Below, piece by piece: positions 12,668 to 25,669 of a DNA stretch of 64,000 nucleotides. Source of the DNA: Lama guanicoe (Eukaryota). Position numbers and translations under genes: made by a program. The DNA is taken from NCBI GenBank assembly GCA_013239625.1, contig MU057349.1, positions 9,079,306 to 9,143,305 of the forward strand, read 5' to 3'. Position 1 is the first letter of the stretch. The number at the start of each line of letters is the position of its first letter. The notes beneath the pieces were generated by a model, which was not told the DNA's origin, did no database searches, and worked only from the letters and a program-made list of their open reading frames with translations.

Positions 12668-14885
12668 TAATCTGAAAATAAAAATAAACGTATATAGTGT
12701 ATAAGTCCCCCATTTGAAAAAAAAAAAGGTACTAATGTTTTATACCATACTCTTCAGTACTCAGTTATGCTTTCATTAGGAACCTGCCATTTCACAATAC
12801 TGGCTCCATCCTACTCATGAGAAGAGAGGGGACTATTTTATTCTCAAAGTTCTAACAGTTCTTTGATTAAAAAAAGGGTTCACTGAGTTTTTCATTTCTC
12901 TGGCTCACCCAGTGAAGGTGGAAGGCTACTCAACCTTGTTCATCCCACAGCACCATTAAAAAGATTTTTAAATTTGCTTAACCCTTGGGCAATGAGAAGG
13001 GTGGGGAAGATTAGAGACCTTAAGAAGTATATGCTTAGCTTTGAATACAAAGAGGGAAAAAAGGTGCTTAGCAGTCTATGTAAGGCAACTATTATAGCCT
13101 GGCTTGCTGTGATAAGAAAGAGGTCTTTAGATTTTTACCAGTGTGTTTAAACATAGTGGTTGCAAACAGTGAAAGCATTTATTTATAATCACAGAATCTG
13201 GAGTCAGCAAGGAATTGCAAATGTCAAGACCACTGCAGCTCAAGGAATAATTTATTCCTTTTGCATTAGTTTATTGCTTTTATTGCAAACCCATCCGAAC
13301 AAAGGAGAAAAGGGGAAAATTCTGTCCCCAGTTCACAGATGGCAAAATTAAGACTTAGAAGACACCTATTCAAGCTCATCTAGTTAAGTCACCACAATAC
13401 TGGGACAAAGGTGGTGCTCCTTCCGTTCTAAGTTCACACTCGCTTCAACAAGATATTTCCCTTATTCTCCAAACTTAGGGGAGGGGCATCTTTTCCAGAG
13501 AACTCTCATTTTTCTTGTTAAAGGGTTATGTTGATTTTGATCAGTTATAAAATAGTTTTCTTGCTTGCTTATTGTGTTTTCACTTTGAAAATAAAAATAA
13601 AAATAAGATGACAAATATCAAAATATTGTATGAGTAGAGATAGCATGTACAACTTTGTGTTTATAAGAATTAAACAAAAACTTATTAATAGTAAAAAAAA
13701 AGATTATGTTGATTCTTTATGGCAGTGCAATTTTATAAAAACTCAAGTGGAGAGTTCCAAACGGCTAGAAACATTATGCTCATAAAATTAAGCATGATAC
13801 AACAACAATGAAAGAACGATGATATTTCTTTATTTTAATCCTCTTACCTGGATACCTTCCTGACAGAAGCCACTTGACTGCAGCGAGGATCTTGGCCACA
13901 TTCGAATAATCGAGCACACAATCGAGCTCAAAACACTTTAAGCTGTATTTTTTTAGTCTTTTGTTATTGATTTGTTTTTAACTCTAAAGCTGAGTTCAGT
14001 GGAAAAGTGACTTAAAGAACAAGATGTAAGCCAACAATAGGGCAGAAAGGGAGTGAGATTCATACGCCCACCCCAAAGCCTTTTTCTTCCTATTTATCTG
14101 CATTTTGCCTCTACCCTGAAGTGACCAGGAGTGGAAGCCAACCTATGAACAGCATTCATTTTGATGAAAAGGCATGCGTACCTAGGGTGTGCTGGGTACA
14201 GTCAGTATTGTGGAAGGGAAAGCTGAGGGCTGATGGGCGGGGAGAGATGGCTGAGCAAACTCCTAGAGGCGGTGAGTGAGTGGAAACAGCCTGGAGTTGC
14301 TGCTACAGCACCAGCGATCTCCTGGCAATCCTTTTTCCTCTCAATGTTTAGACAATGCTGACCCCTCTTGCCTGGAACATGAGTGATTTACATCATCCTT
14401 GCTTCAAGGCAAAGAAAAAAAGTCTGAAGCATAGAGAGATGGAGACTTTCCATCAATGAACTGACTGTCGAGCATGAACAGACTGTTTCGTCTGTCTGTG
14501 CTCTGTGTGCATATTTTAATAGGGGCATGACATTGAACTCAGCAGCAATTCCCGAAGCCTAAATACGTGCCCGTTCTAACGAATCAATGAACAAATGATT
14601 CAACTTGCAACTTAAGATTTCTTACTGAACAGTCGTTCCTGGTGGATCACAATCTTAATATGCAAGCCCATTTCCTTCAAAAGTGGACACTCACCGTGTG
14701 TTTCTTGATCACCCCTGACAAAGAATTACTGTGGTGAAGGGAGCCACATTAGTCCTAAGAGCTCCGGTTAGAACCGAGGCTCAGGCAGGTGGGGAGCAGG
14801 ACAGGATGAGAAAGCCAGTCAGGAGTGTACAGGTCCATGGAGTCATATGCACCACGAGCCCTACTTGGTGCTGTCTGGGAGAATA

Positions 14886-15178
14886 CAAGCCACGTATGTG
14901 ATTTAACTTTTCCCAGTAGCCACATTCAAAAAGTGAATGTAAACAAACAAAATTAATTTCAATAATGTATTTTTACTTAACATACTACATCCAAAATATC
15001 ATTCAATATATGACTAGCATAAGATTATTAATGAGATATTTTATGTGATTTTTTTTCTGTGCCAATGCTTCGAATTGGGTGTGTATTTCACACTTCTAGC
15101 TAGCTCAGTTCAGACCAGCCACATCTCAGGTGCTCGGTAGCCACATGTGGTTGGTGGCTACCATATTGGACAGGGCAG
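14886..15178. mobile_element. hAT-Charlie MITE (MER33-like)
   Basis: tagccacattcaaaa...gtgctcggtagccacatgtggttggtggctaccatattggacag. Confidence 0.85.
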
Positions 15179-15239
15179 GTCTAACCCTGGCTTGTACAGT
15201 TTTCCATGTGTGTGTTGCACTTTTAAAGGTTTTAAAAAA

Positions 15240-15950
15240 TGCAGTGTTGCTTATGGATGAAAGTGAGAAATTGGCAAAAACCCGGTGAATGGCAAAGGGG
15301 CTGTCCATGTCAAAAGCATTAAAATTGTGCAATTCATTTTCTGGAGTTTATGTTAAGGAAATAATCATGGCTGTGTGCAAAGATCTAATCACAAGGGTGC
15401 TCACTGAAGGGAAAACTTGGAAAAACCCTGAATTTCCACATAACAGGATTTGACTTAGTACCTTATGATATATTAATTAATTGAATAACATTCATGTGTG
15501 TGTGTGCCTGTGCATGTGCATAGAAAATTTCCGGAGAGAAATATTAAGAAAAATGTCTTAGGGTTACCTCAGGGGAGGGAGACTGGGAGGTAGGAGAGGA
15601 GGAGAAATACTTTTAGGTTTTATCCTATATTCTGAAATTTTTACCAAGAACGTCTGTTGGTTTTGTGTCAAAATGACTAGTTGACAAAAGAAGGATATTG
15701 TAGTATTGACTTGGAGAGATAAAGTGGAAAGTAAGGTGAAAAATAGTTTTCAAAATAATAGATACAGTAAATGAAAGCATTTTTAATTTAAAAATGTGTA
15801 GTTAGGCATAGAAAAAATTTTAAAACATGTAAGTCAACCTGTTTACAGTTGTTCTCTCTAGGAAGTGGGACAGTGAGTGACTTTTAATTTGTTCTTCTCA
15901 TTTGTATTTTCTAAATTTTTATAATAATTAAGTTTTTCTTTTGTGATACA
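15240..15950 (+). mobile_element. Degenerate L1ME-like 3' fragments
   Basis: gcaattcattttctggagtttat...aaggaaataatc and gtattttctaaattttt termini. Confidence 0.5.
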
Positions 15951-16782
15951 AGGGAAACAAATTATTTAAGTTTCCATACTCCTGAATCAAACAACCCAGC
16001 TTCTGCCGTCAGCTCCATGTCAGGAAAAACTACAAAGCAGAAATATTCATCCAGTAATCCAGGCAGTGACATATCTTTACATCTCCCTTCTTTCTTTGTT
16101 CTTACTAGCACTAATCGACCAATCACGCCTCAGCCAAGGTGACAGTGCCCTTGCTTACCCTCACCTTGTGTCTTGTAGCTCTATGATTTCACCCTTCAGC
16201 ACAGATAATATTCCTAAATGGGGCCCCTGCTCAGACTGTAGAAATTGAAATTGATCATGTGGTGATTTTTCTCCATAAGCACAGCCCTTGAGAATCTCTG
16301 GGACTTGAGCAAAGGTAATCAATCTCAAAAGCTCCACTGAAGCAGATTATGAAGCAACTCACTTCGTCAGAATGACTCTTCCCCAACTTCCTTGTATGTT
16401 CAGAATACATTCTCGAATCTAGTCCTCTAACTGGCAGTAGAGGAAACTGTCCTTTAAAGCTCACATCATCTCCTCTGGGTAGCAAGGGGAAGTCCAAGTC
16501 CCAGGCAACAGCTCTGAGACCAGGACCATTGACTGGCTTTCCCCTAGCATAGCTGCAAACAGATGCCTGCTGCTGACCAGACGGCAGCAGTGTTGTTCTG
16601 GCCCCCAATTCAATTGTGTGGCTGCTTAAAGTACCAAAAGCGAAAATTTACCAGGTGGCCTCAAAACACAGCCAAAGGGAATTCCACTTGCATTCATAAT
16701 ACCTCTTTGTTTCCAGTCAGTAGTGAGAAAGAAACTAGGACCAACATTTCAGCTTGAATAGGCAAGTTTTAGAGTAGAACAA

Positions 16783-16832
16783 GCGCACGCACGCATGCGT
16801 GTGCATGTGTATGTTTGTGTGTGTGTGTGTGT
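16783..16832. repeat. Alternating purine-pyrimidine / (GT)n tract
   Basis: gcgcacgcacgcatgcgtgtgcatgtgtatgtttgtgtgtgtgtgtgtgt. Confidence 0.9.
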
Positions 16833-17574
16833 CTTGTGGGTGATGGCATCCTGTCCAGGAAAACAGTCATTCTATCAAGGGGGTCAAAGAGGGGAAGACA
16901 CTGTGGCCTCCACTCTTTAGGGGCCCTAAAGCTCATGGGAAATAGACTCTATCTCAGTCTCTGGGGTCTGAATTTAATCTCCTCCAGCTCAGATGCCAAC
17001 ACTGTCCTATTCAAACAGTGAAGAACGTTCGGTGCTTTCCCCACCATTGATACTAGGTCAGTACTGACTTCCCTCCAGACAACACTGACAATCTAGAAGA
17101 AGAGCCCAGAAAGTCCCCGAGAAGGGCCTGGCAGCAGTCTTCCCCGCCTGGCACATCGCAGCTCTGAGAGAACAAGTCCCCACCTGCTGCCCAGCTCTCA
17201 CGTGGCACTCAGCCTGGGGAGGACTCAGGAGCCGGGCAAATGTTGAAAAGCCAACTTTAGGGGTTTAAAAGTGCTGACCAAACTTACAGATTGCAAAGTA
17301 GGAAAGGAGTGTCTCATATTTTCTTTCATTACTCCAGGATTTAAATCTCTTATAACAAGAATGCACTTGAATAAGACATACTATTTAAAAACATATTTTT
17401 AACACACATCTTAAAAGTGGCTTGGGTAGTCCTCTTGGTAGATGAGTCTGCCTTTTGTGAGTCTTTCCAATTAGGGTTTGGGAGAGTTTTTTGGTCTGTG
17501 ATGTGATCATTATTTAGTCTTCTAATTTCAATCTCCACTCAATGAGTCAAAATGTCGGGGAGGAAAGGGCCTGG

Positions 17575-19010
17575 AAAATAATGGCAGCCCAGCAGTAATG
17601 AACACACCTCACACCCAGATCCCAGTTTCTAAACACCATTTCCCACTAAAAGAAACCAGGACTCTTCGGTGAAATGGCTGGTGCCAGGACAAGGGCAGGA
17701 AAAACACAAGAGGAACTTTGCAGATTTTGTTATGCCAGAAAGTCAGGAATTGCTCAAAAAATGGTGGGGACATGTCAAAAAGGACATACGAGTCTGTTTG
17801 TAGTATCTCCTACTGAACAAACTGGGGTAATTTGATGAATAATGTGAGACATTAAGATGAATAATAACAGGAATGGATTAAAATCCATTTAATAAAATAG
17901 GAACCCATGAGCCCATAATAAATGAATAAATAAAAAGTAAAATGCCAACCAACAAATGTGGAAGAAATAATGAAGTCAGAAAATCACCATTTTTTTTGAA
18001 GGTGCCATAGCAATAGCTGATACAGGCAAGACCCACCAAGGTATGCTAAAACTACTGGATAAAAGGTTGATTAAAAAAATTACATAAGTAGCTCACAGCG
18101 AAAAAAAATGTGACAATGAATATATGTATGTTCATGTATAACTGAAAAATTGTGCTCTACACTGGAATTTGACACAACATTGTAAAATGACTATAACTCA
18201 ATAAAAAAAAGTTTAAGAAATAAAAATTTAAAATAAAACAGAAAAAAAATATTACATAAGCCCACAGTATCTCAGCACAAATTAGTCATTAATTACAAAA
18301 GGAAAAATAGTAATCTTACAGTGAAGAGATCAGGTAAACACCACCTTAACCAAGTGATTAAAGTTCATACCACTAATAATATGACAAAGTGATACTATGA
18401 GCCTCCGGTCTGATGCTCAGGACACATGATCGTTAATGGAGCGTTCCTGCCCGACAAGCACAGGCTGAGTGTAGTTATGCGGAAGCATGAGCAAACCCAA
18501 AAAGAGGAGCATTCTGCAAAATAACTGGTCTGTGCATCTCAAAAGTGTCAATGTCATAAGATCAAAGACCAAGGAACTATTCCAAATGAAAGGAGATTAA
18601 AGAGACACTTCAACTCACTGTAATGCAGGACCTTGAACTGGCTGTTGGGCTAGGATCCTGGGTATAGTATTGTATCAGGATTCAATTCCCTGATGCTGGT
18701 ACATGTGCTGTGATCACATGAAATGTCTTTCCCATTAGGAAATACACACTGAACTATTTAGGGATGAAGAGGCATGAAGTTTGTAACTTACTTTCAGATG
18801 ATTCAGGAAAAAAATAACAAAGAAGAATGCATCTACTACACCCATATGGAGAAAGAAAGAGAATAAGAAAGCAAATGAGGCAATATGTTAACAATGAGTG
18901 TACAGGATGTACAGGTGTGTACAGTGAAAGGTGTACAGGAGTTCTTCATGGTATTTTTGCAACTCTTTGGGAAGCTTGAAATTATTTGCAAGTAAAAAGT
19001 TAAAGCTAAA
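17575..19010 (+). mobile_element. Old L1 (L1MC/L1MD-like) long 3' UTR
   Basis: cccagatcccagtttctaaacaccatttcccactaaaag...; aacaccaccttaaccaagtgatta; ends gcaactcttt...ttgaaattatttgcaagtaaaaagtt. Confidence 0.8.
18089..18250 (+). mobile_element. Young camelid-type L1 3' end nested in the older L1
   Basis: gtgacaatgaatatatgtatgttcatgtataactgaaaaattgtgctctacactgg, A tail, and TSD ATTACATAAG at 18079-18088 and 18251-18260. Confidence 0.88.
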
Positions 19011-19344
19011 AAAGACAAATGTCAAGGGTATCTTTCTTTAAAAATCTCAGGTTCTCCCCTTGCACTCCATTCCTACCCACCACCCTTGTTCAGGCTGTCA
19101 CCAGTTCACCTGGACTCCTGCAGTAGCCTTCCAAAGCCGCCTGCCTCTCCCTTGTCCCGGCCCCTCCACAATACATGTGATACACTGTGAGCAAACTCCC
19201 CGTGTTCACACTCCCCAAACACCTATCATTCTCTTGCTTCTGATCTGACAGCCCCTCTACATTACTTTTCTCATCAAGTTTAAACATTTCTTCTTCTTGG
19301 CAATCAAAAACTGGCCTGGTCATTCTCATCTTTCCCACTTTATT

Positions 19345-20825
19345 TTTCTTTAACTGGACAAATAGTTATTGAATGTTGGTCTGTGCTAGGCGATAAAGAA
19401 GGAACAAGACAATCAAGGCAATGCCCTCGAGGAGTTTATACTTTATGGGGGAGGCAAACATAAATAAAACCATTTCAGACTGGGATTCGTGCTGTGAAGC
19501 AAATGAGCATGGAGAGCTACAAGGGGGGCACTGAGATAGGCAAGGACTTTCTCATCAGAAACCTTAGGCTGGGAAGAGTTGGGTGAGAGAGAGCAGGAGA
19601 AGGGTAGAGGGGAGGACTTGGCACAGTCCAGGAACTAAGAGAAGACCAGCATGCCTGGTGCATGGAGGGCAAGAGTGGTGCAAGATGAGGTCTGGGAGGT
19701 ACTGTGGTGTAACAACCCCCACTGATTCCCAGTACAGAGCTTCAAAAACTGTTGGAATTTCCTGAGTGACAGGACTGTCTTCATCACGCTAATGAGTTGA
19801 CCTAGGATGGACCCCCAGATAGCTTCAGGTTTGGAACTGTCCACCAGAAAGACCAAGCGTGTGGTTGGAGGGTTGGCACTTTGGGAGGGGAAGGGGATTG
19901 GAGACTGAGCTCAGTCTCATGGTCAGTGATTTAACCAGTTGGGTCTATGTTAAAGACCCCAGTAAAAGCTGTGGACACCAAGGCTCAGAGGAGCTCCCTG
20001 GCTGATGACCACAATGATGTGCAGGGAAGGGGACGCTTTCTGACTCCACAGGGAGAGGCGTGGAAGCTATCCGTGAGGGATCCTCCCAGACCTCTGCCTG
20101 TGCCCCTTCCATTTGGTTGGTCCCGATTTGTACCCTTTATAATAAAACTGTAATAGGAAGTATAACACTTTCTTCAGTTCTGTGAGTTGTTCTAGTGAAT
20201 TATTGAACCTGAGAGAATTGTGGGAACCCCCGAATTCGTAGTATGCTCGTGGCTGGCATCTGAAGCAGGGACAGTCCTGTGGGGGACTGAGGCTTTACCT
20301 TGTGAACTGGAAGCTACTTCAAGTGGTTAGTGTTAGAATTGTATTGAAGTCCATCCACGTGGAGTGGAAAACAGAGCACAGGGAGTGCAAAAGCCTGATC
20401 ATGCCAGGCCTTCTAGGCCTTGAGAACAAGGTTGGATTTCATTCCAAATGCAACACAGAGCCACTGAAAGACTGTGGTTTTTCGCTCGAGAGTGGTTTAC
20501 TTTTCAGTCCGTCCTGTCTGGCTGCAGTATGGAAAAGCGGCAAGTGCTGGAGGAGGAAGACCAGTTGGGCATGGCTTGGACTAGAGAGTGGCCGAGATAA
20601 GCAGCACGCAGATTCAAGATGTGACTGAGGGTAGGACTTGAAGAGGCTGGCTGAAAGACTGGATGAGGGATGATTATGGAAATAGAGAAACCATGGCTGA
20701 CACCCAGATTTCTGGTGGGGAAAGCTAGGGGAGAAGTAGTTTGGGGGCAGAAGGGAGACTCACAACTTCAGTTCGGGGCACGTTGATTTTGAGATGCTTA
20801 AGAGACGTCCAGTGAGAGATGTCAT
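19345..20825 (-). mobile_element. L2 fragment, interrupted by a MER21 LTR
   Basis: L2-like segments at about 19345-19700 and 20370-20825 (ttcagttcggggcacgttgattttgagatgc...agacgtccagtgagagatgtc). Confidence 0.75.
19703..20360 (+). mobile_element. ERVL solo LTR (MER21B/C-like)
   Basis: ttggaatttcctgagtga...ccagaaagaccaa...gagggttgg...aataaaactgtaatag...ttctgtgagttgttctagtgaatt. Confidence 0.8.
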
Positions 20826-21420
20826 CCAGCCAGCTGGATTCGCCACGTGCCACACCAGTCAGTTTCTTTCTTCAGTCAGACCGATTTTCTGCTATTCAGG
20901 GACCCCATACAGGATGTCATGGTCATTCCTCTCTCTCTACATTTGCTCAAGGGTTTTCCTATCCTCCCCTACTTCTTCCTTGCCTAGACAAATCCTTTCC
21001 ACCTCGTGAGTTTTCTGCTCAAAACTTCCCTTCTGCAGTAGACTTCATCCTAATACCCTAACCCATCTTCATATTTCTGCAGCCCTAAGAGACAGTATGA
21101 CCATCGAGCAATTTAACTGCACACTGTCTCGTTAGGGTCCCTCTTCATTATACATAAGTCTAGCCCGCTCTATCAGGTCATAGGCGCCTCACGACACGGG
21201 CTATTTCATATACATCGCTTGTGTTCCTCAGAAGCACAGAATGGTTTACGCACCTTTAAATTCAAAGAGAATTAGCTAGCAGATTTACACAAAAAGCTAT
21301 AGAAGAATAACTAGGAGAAAATAAAGATAACCAAATGTGACTGCCTTCTAGAAGAGTTTTTAAAAGCAAGGCTAGAAATTTCCTCTGGCATATGAAACCA
21401 TTTTAATTAATAGAGAATGA

Positions 21421-21556
21421 GGGAGAGGGAAATAGCTCAGTGGTAGAGCGCATACTTAGCATGCACAAGGTCCTGGATTCAATTCCCAGTACCTCCATTA
21501 AAAAAATAATAAATAAACCTAATTACCTCCCCCTCCCCTGAAAAAAAATTTTTTTT
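21421..21556 (+). mobile_element. tRNA-derived SINE (Vic-1-like)
   Basis: atagctcagtggtagagcgcatacttagcatgcacaaggtcctggattcaattcccagtacctcc plus an aaataaacctaattacctcccc tail. Confidence 0.9.
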
Positions 21557-21899
21557 TAAATAGTGAAATGAAACTGAATTTTACTGTTAGTTTAAATGGT
21601 TGATTCAATGACTTCTGTAGCTATTGTACCTTTGGCGGTTAATAAAGCATGCAAAACAGCATCCCTGAAACATTCCTGTGACAAGAGCTCTGGTTCGTGC
21701 TAGTAGGTACTAGGACAGGACGACTGAAAAGCCTAAACTCTAATAAACAAGAACTAGAGATGAAAAACAGCTCAATATCTATGGTGGGGTGGGGGTGGCT
21801 TAAGAGGGAGGCAGCTAATGGAAGGCCCCAGTGTGTCTGATAGATCTAGCTTTATTTAGCATTTTCATTAATGACTGGGAACAAGGCATACCCATTTAA

Positions 21900-22200
21900 T
21901 AACATTTTTGGTTGGTGCCAAATTAGGAGGTGCTGCAGACATCACTGAGGACAGAGAAATAACACAGATGGATCTAAAGAGGTTATAAATATGAATAGAA
22001 ATGATCACAATGAGATGCAATTTAGGAAAAATGCAAATGAAGGCAGCTGGGAGAGAAATCATCCAAAATGCAAAATAATCAGTGGGTTGGGAAACCTAGA
22101 AAGCAGCGACTGGCAGGAGAGCAGTGGAATAAGGACTAAGCAGTGACAACACGCTAGCTCAGCCCAAATGGCTGGTGGCAGGTATAGGAGGCAGGAGGAA
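21900..22200 (+). mobile_element. CR1/L3 LINE reverse-transcriptase remnant
   Basis: Translates as KLGGAADITEDREITQMDLKRL*I*IEMITMRCNLGK, which resembles the CR1 RT segment TKLGG..EDR..IQ.DL.RL..W...N.M.FN..KCK. Confidence 0.7.
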
Positions 22201-22529
22201 CCGCATTGCAACAGAGTCTCCTCAACACCCATAAATGTTTTGGAGACAGTGTGGGGAAAAAAACAAACAAACAAAACTAAGCACAGACATTTGGCCCTTT
22301 GTTTTTTCAGTTGTTAGAAGAGGGATTACACTCAGCCTCTAAGGTCCCCCAGCTCCAACCGGCTGTGGTTCTGAAACAGGAAGATTGTGAGAGTGAGGAA
22401 AGAGCCTGGTTAAGGAGGTGCCTCCTTAAAACTTTTATAAAACTATTAATTTAACAATCATTGAGTATTTTCTATATGATAGACACTAAAATAGAGGAAA
22501 GAATGAGACAGAAGAGGAGAATGATATTC

Positions 22530-22712
22530 ACTGAGTGTCACTAGAAGCCAGGCACTTACTATTCATTATTTCATCCTCCCAATAACCATTGAGGTGAATA
22601 CTATTACTCCTCCCACCTCCTTTGCAGATGAAGGTACAGAGACTTGCACAAAAGCCTGCATCCAGCAAATGGCAGAGCCAAGATTTATTCCAGGACCTGG
22701 ACACTTCCCTCT
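22530..22712 (-). mobile_element. MIR
   Basis: gccaggcactt...tcatcctcccaataacc...tttgcagatgaagg...aaatggcagagcca. Confidence 0.7.
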
Positions 22713-23634
22713 ACAATATACTTTCTCTCCAAAGTAAATTTAAAATCACAGTGTGATGTTGTCTGTGTCATGTTTTGCTAGGGGAATGTAGGTTCTCGAA
22801 GACTGAGTTATAAACAAATAGTTTCATCTGGAAAAGAGGCTTAGGCTCTCAATTTCAAGTTATTTATGTTGGGAAAAAATTCCAGTTGTCGAGGTGCTTT
22901 ATACCTGCATGAGTGTGTAACTGGAGGCTAAAAATAATGAACTGCTTGAACAAAATAAAGGAAAATTACTGAGTTAAGTCCTAAGTAGCATCTAAAATTT
23001 AAATCAATGAGCTTCTAAATTATCATTGTCATAACTCATTGTTATGATAAACAAAGCACAACACTGAACTAAGATGAGTGAGGTCAAAAGAAAGTGCAGC
23101 AGAGCTCCCATTGCTAACAGGGGACGAAAGAACATGAAACCGAAGTGGTCTGTTGTGCTAGATCCTATCTGCTTCATGGATGCTCAAACAGGAGGGAAGC
23201 CTCAAATGGAGAAATGAATTCTTAGACACAAGAGAAACTTAGAGAAATGCCCGGAGGTCAGGCTGTCTTGTAGGGATGGGAGGCCCACTGCAGAGGTGGC
23301 CACGTGACTTGTACGTCTGAGGGTCACCGTGAGGCTCCTGGGTCATCAGCTTCCCTGGACCCTAAAGCAGTTTTGGGAATCGCCATTTCTTCCCTGTGGG
23401 TGAAAACACCCAGGGCCTGGCATCATTCACCCTCATAACACGGGCAGAGACTTTGAAGACAAGTTGTTCCCATCTACCCAACCTGGATCAGATGAAGAAT
23501 TGGGAAAACAAAGATTCACAATGAAACCGAAATTCCAAGTCTCAGAAAGTGCCCACGGTGGTGGGAAATGGTCTAGGACTACCAAACCCCTAAAGGATAC
23601 AGTCCAATCCTAGTGCAGTGATTACGCTCTCTTA

Positions 23635-23795
23635 CATTTTTATCATGACTTCATAACAACTCTAGAAGTGAAGTAATGTCCTTATTTTTACAGATGAAGA
23701 AACTGGAGGTGAGTAAGTGATTCACAGCTAGCAACCACCAGAGTAAGGCTCAGATCCTCAGTCTTCCAACTCTGTAATGAGTAGACTTTCTGCCA
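23635..23795 (-). mobile_element. MIR
   Basis: atttttacagatgaagaaactggag core. Confidence 0.7.
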
Positions 23796-23829
23796 CACAC
23801 TTATAGGGTGACCTCAGGAATATATGTCA

Positions 23830-24055
23830 TAGGAGCAACGGCTTTGGAGTCAGACCTGCATTTGCCTATCCTGGATGTACCATTTTTTAAGCCATATAAT
23901 TGTGGTAAGTTCTTTAACTTCATTAAGCCTTAGTTTATTCATCTGTAAAATGGGGCCATGCATAACACCTAGCTCATGGGGCTACAGTGAGGATCAAATG
24001 CAATACGCATAGAGTATGCTCGGCACAGAACATGGCCTTCATTAGAGCCAGACAA
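23830..24055 (+). mobile_element. MIR
   Basis: ggctttggagtcagacctg...catctgtaaaatgggg...gtgaggatcaaatg. Confidence 0.75.
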
Positions 24056-24347
24056 GTGTTGAGGGTTTCAGGGCATGTTTGGGGCATGAACTCCGGAGGG
24101 AGGAATCCCCTTTCCTCCCCTGTGTTACAGCATGCCTCAGGGTACAAAGCTTCCAAGGGGACATTTTACTGTAGCTAAATCTACTAGGAGATAAAAACTT
24201 GAGACAGTCAAGGAGTCCTTGGGGGCCTGAGCACTGAGCCTAGAATGGGTGTGAAGGAGGTCCACTGCACAGGGAGCACGTCTGTGCCTCCTCCCACACT
24301 GCCATCTGCGCTGAGTCCCTAAGGCAAAGAGGACCCTCCATCCCCAC

Positions 24348-24478
24348 CTGGAAAGCCATGGAGTTGGCGGCAGCCAGAAATATCCTCAGCGGCAGCTTGG
24401 CCTTGTAGGACCTGTGGCTCCACAAGCGATGGGCACCAGCTGTCACACCCAGAGCAGTCAGGAGGAAGCAGAAGTAGG
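24348..24478 (-). CDS. SCD5: SCD5 coding exon 2 (131 nt): (A)YFCFLLTALGVTAGAHRLWSHRSYKAKLPLRIFLAAANSMAFQ
   Basis: Delta-9 desaturase His box 1 (HRLWSH). Acceptor tgtgtcttgcAG|CC and donor CAG|GTGGGG. Ends in phase 0 and joins exon 3 in frame. Peptide matches SCD5 rather than SCD1 as I recall them. Confidence 0.97.
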
Positions 24479-25669
24479 CTGCAAGACACAAGCAGGGAGA
24501 ATGTCAGCAGATGTCAGTGCTTTTAAACTTCCCCTAAGCTTTTTTCTCCTCTGAATAAGGACCCATGTGAAATGGTGTCAGGGGAAGAATCCACAACATG
24601 AAGAATCAATAACTTGGGCAAATGAAAGCTTTTTATTGATTTGTAGCTTTCCAGTACCAGGTGGAAGTGGAGAGAACTTTCCTCAAGAAACTCTGACCTT
24701 GGAACATCATTTTTTCCTGTATCAAACAAATCTTCTATTTGTGAATATTTCTTGCCAGTCTTGATGCCAAGCCACAACCGTACGGGTGAACTGCTTCCTT
24801 ACTTAGGGGGAGAGCCCTAAACCAAGCTATATGTGGGTACGATCAGGCAGATAATCCTACACAACTGCCTCTAGCACTTAGCACTACAGGGCCCTCCATA
24901 AAGAAGCACCAAAGACCAGGCAACCAGCTGTGAGTACATCCCCGAGCAGCTGTGAATGGTACCCAGACCAAGTTCTCAGGAAGCCCTCTTCAGTATAATA
25001 TATCTTCAGAAGAATTACTAGGGCACGTTCAGTGTCAGTACACACATTTAAAGGGCGCACATGTTACAGCTTCCAAAAGTCAAGTGTGATCTCAATCCAT
25101 ACTTACACGGATCTAAAAACAAGACTCACTCTTGGCATTCAGATTAATGAGTCTGAATACATGTGGTTTTCATGAACTTGACAAACCATTCCTAACTTGA
25201 AAGGTTAAAAACAAAAAACAACAATCTGCTCATAAATCACAGAAAGCAGCAGTAAATGAAAGGCTCTGACTTCTTTTGTTGTTGTAATTTAACCTCCATT
25301 AAATGGACAGCTATTTTCCATGTCATCCCTGGCCTTTAGGTCTCTGCCAATAATTTTTTTTCAACTGTCAAGTAGTTAGGGAACTAGTGAAATCTGTAAT
25401 GGAAAAAGTGAATGTGACCCTCTTTGGCCAGTGGGCTAAGACACCGGACCTTGGCACAATAAAATGAATTCCCAGACTCCATGAAACACATTGGCCAAAA
25501 AAGAATCCCTCCGATCCATGGCTCCCAGGCAGGGCCTTACCACAGACTGCGGCATTGTCTTTGTCCTTTTGGGGATCTCCAGTATTTCAGGGATCGTTTA
25601 CACGTCTGATCTGTCTATGTCTCGGCCACTGACAACGGGCTCGAGTCAGAGCCTATACTGGGCAGCAGT

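Larger units (their letters stand above)
11486..24347 (-). other. SCD5: SCD5 intron 2 (12,862 nt, GT-AG)
   Basis: Lies between the two exons; phase-0 junction FQ|ND. Confidence 0.93.

Noticed and set aside
24240-24491. 83-aa ORF as a standalone gene
   Set aside because: Only 24348-24478 is desaturase-like and bounded by splice sites; the remainder is intron read-through.
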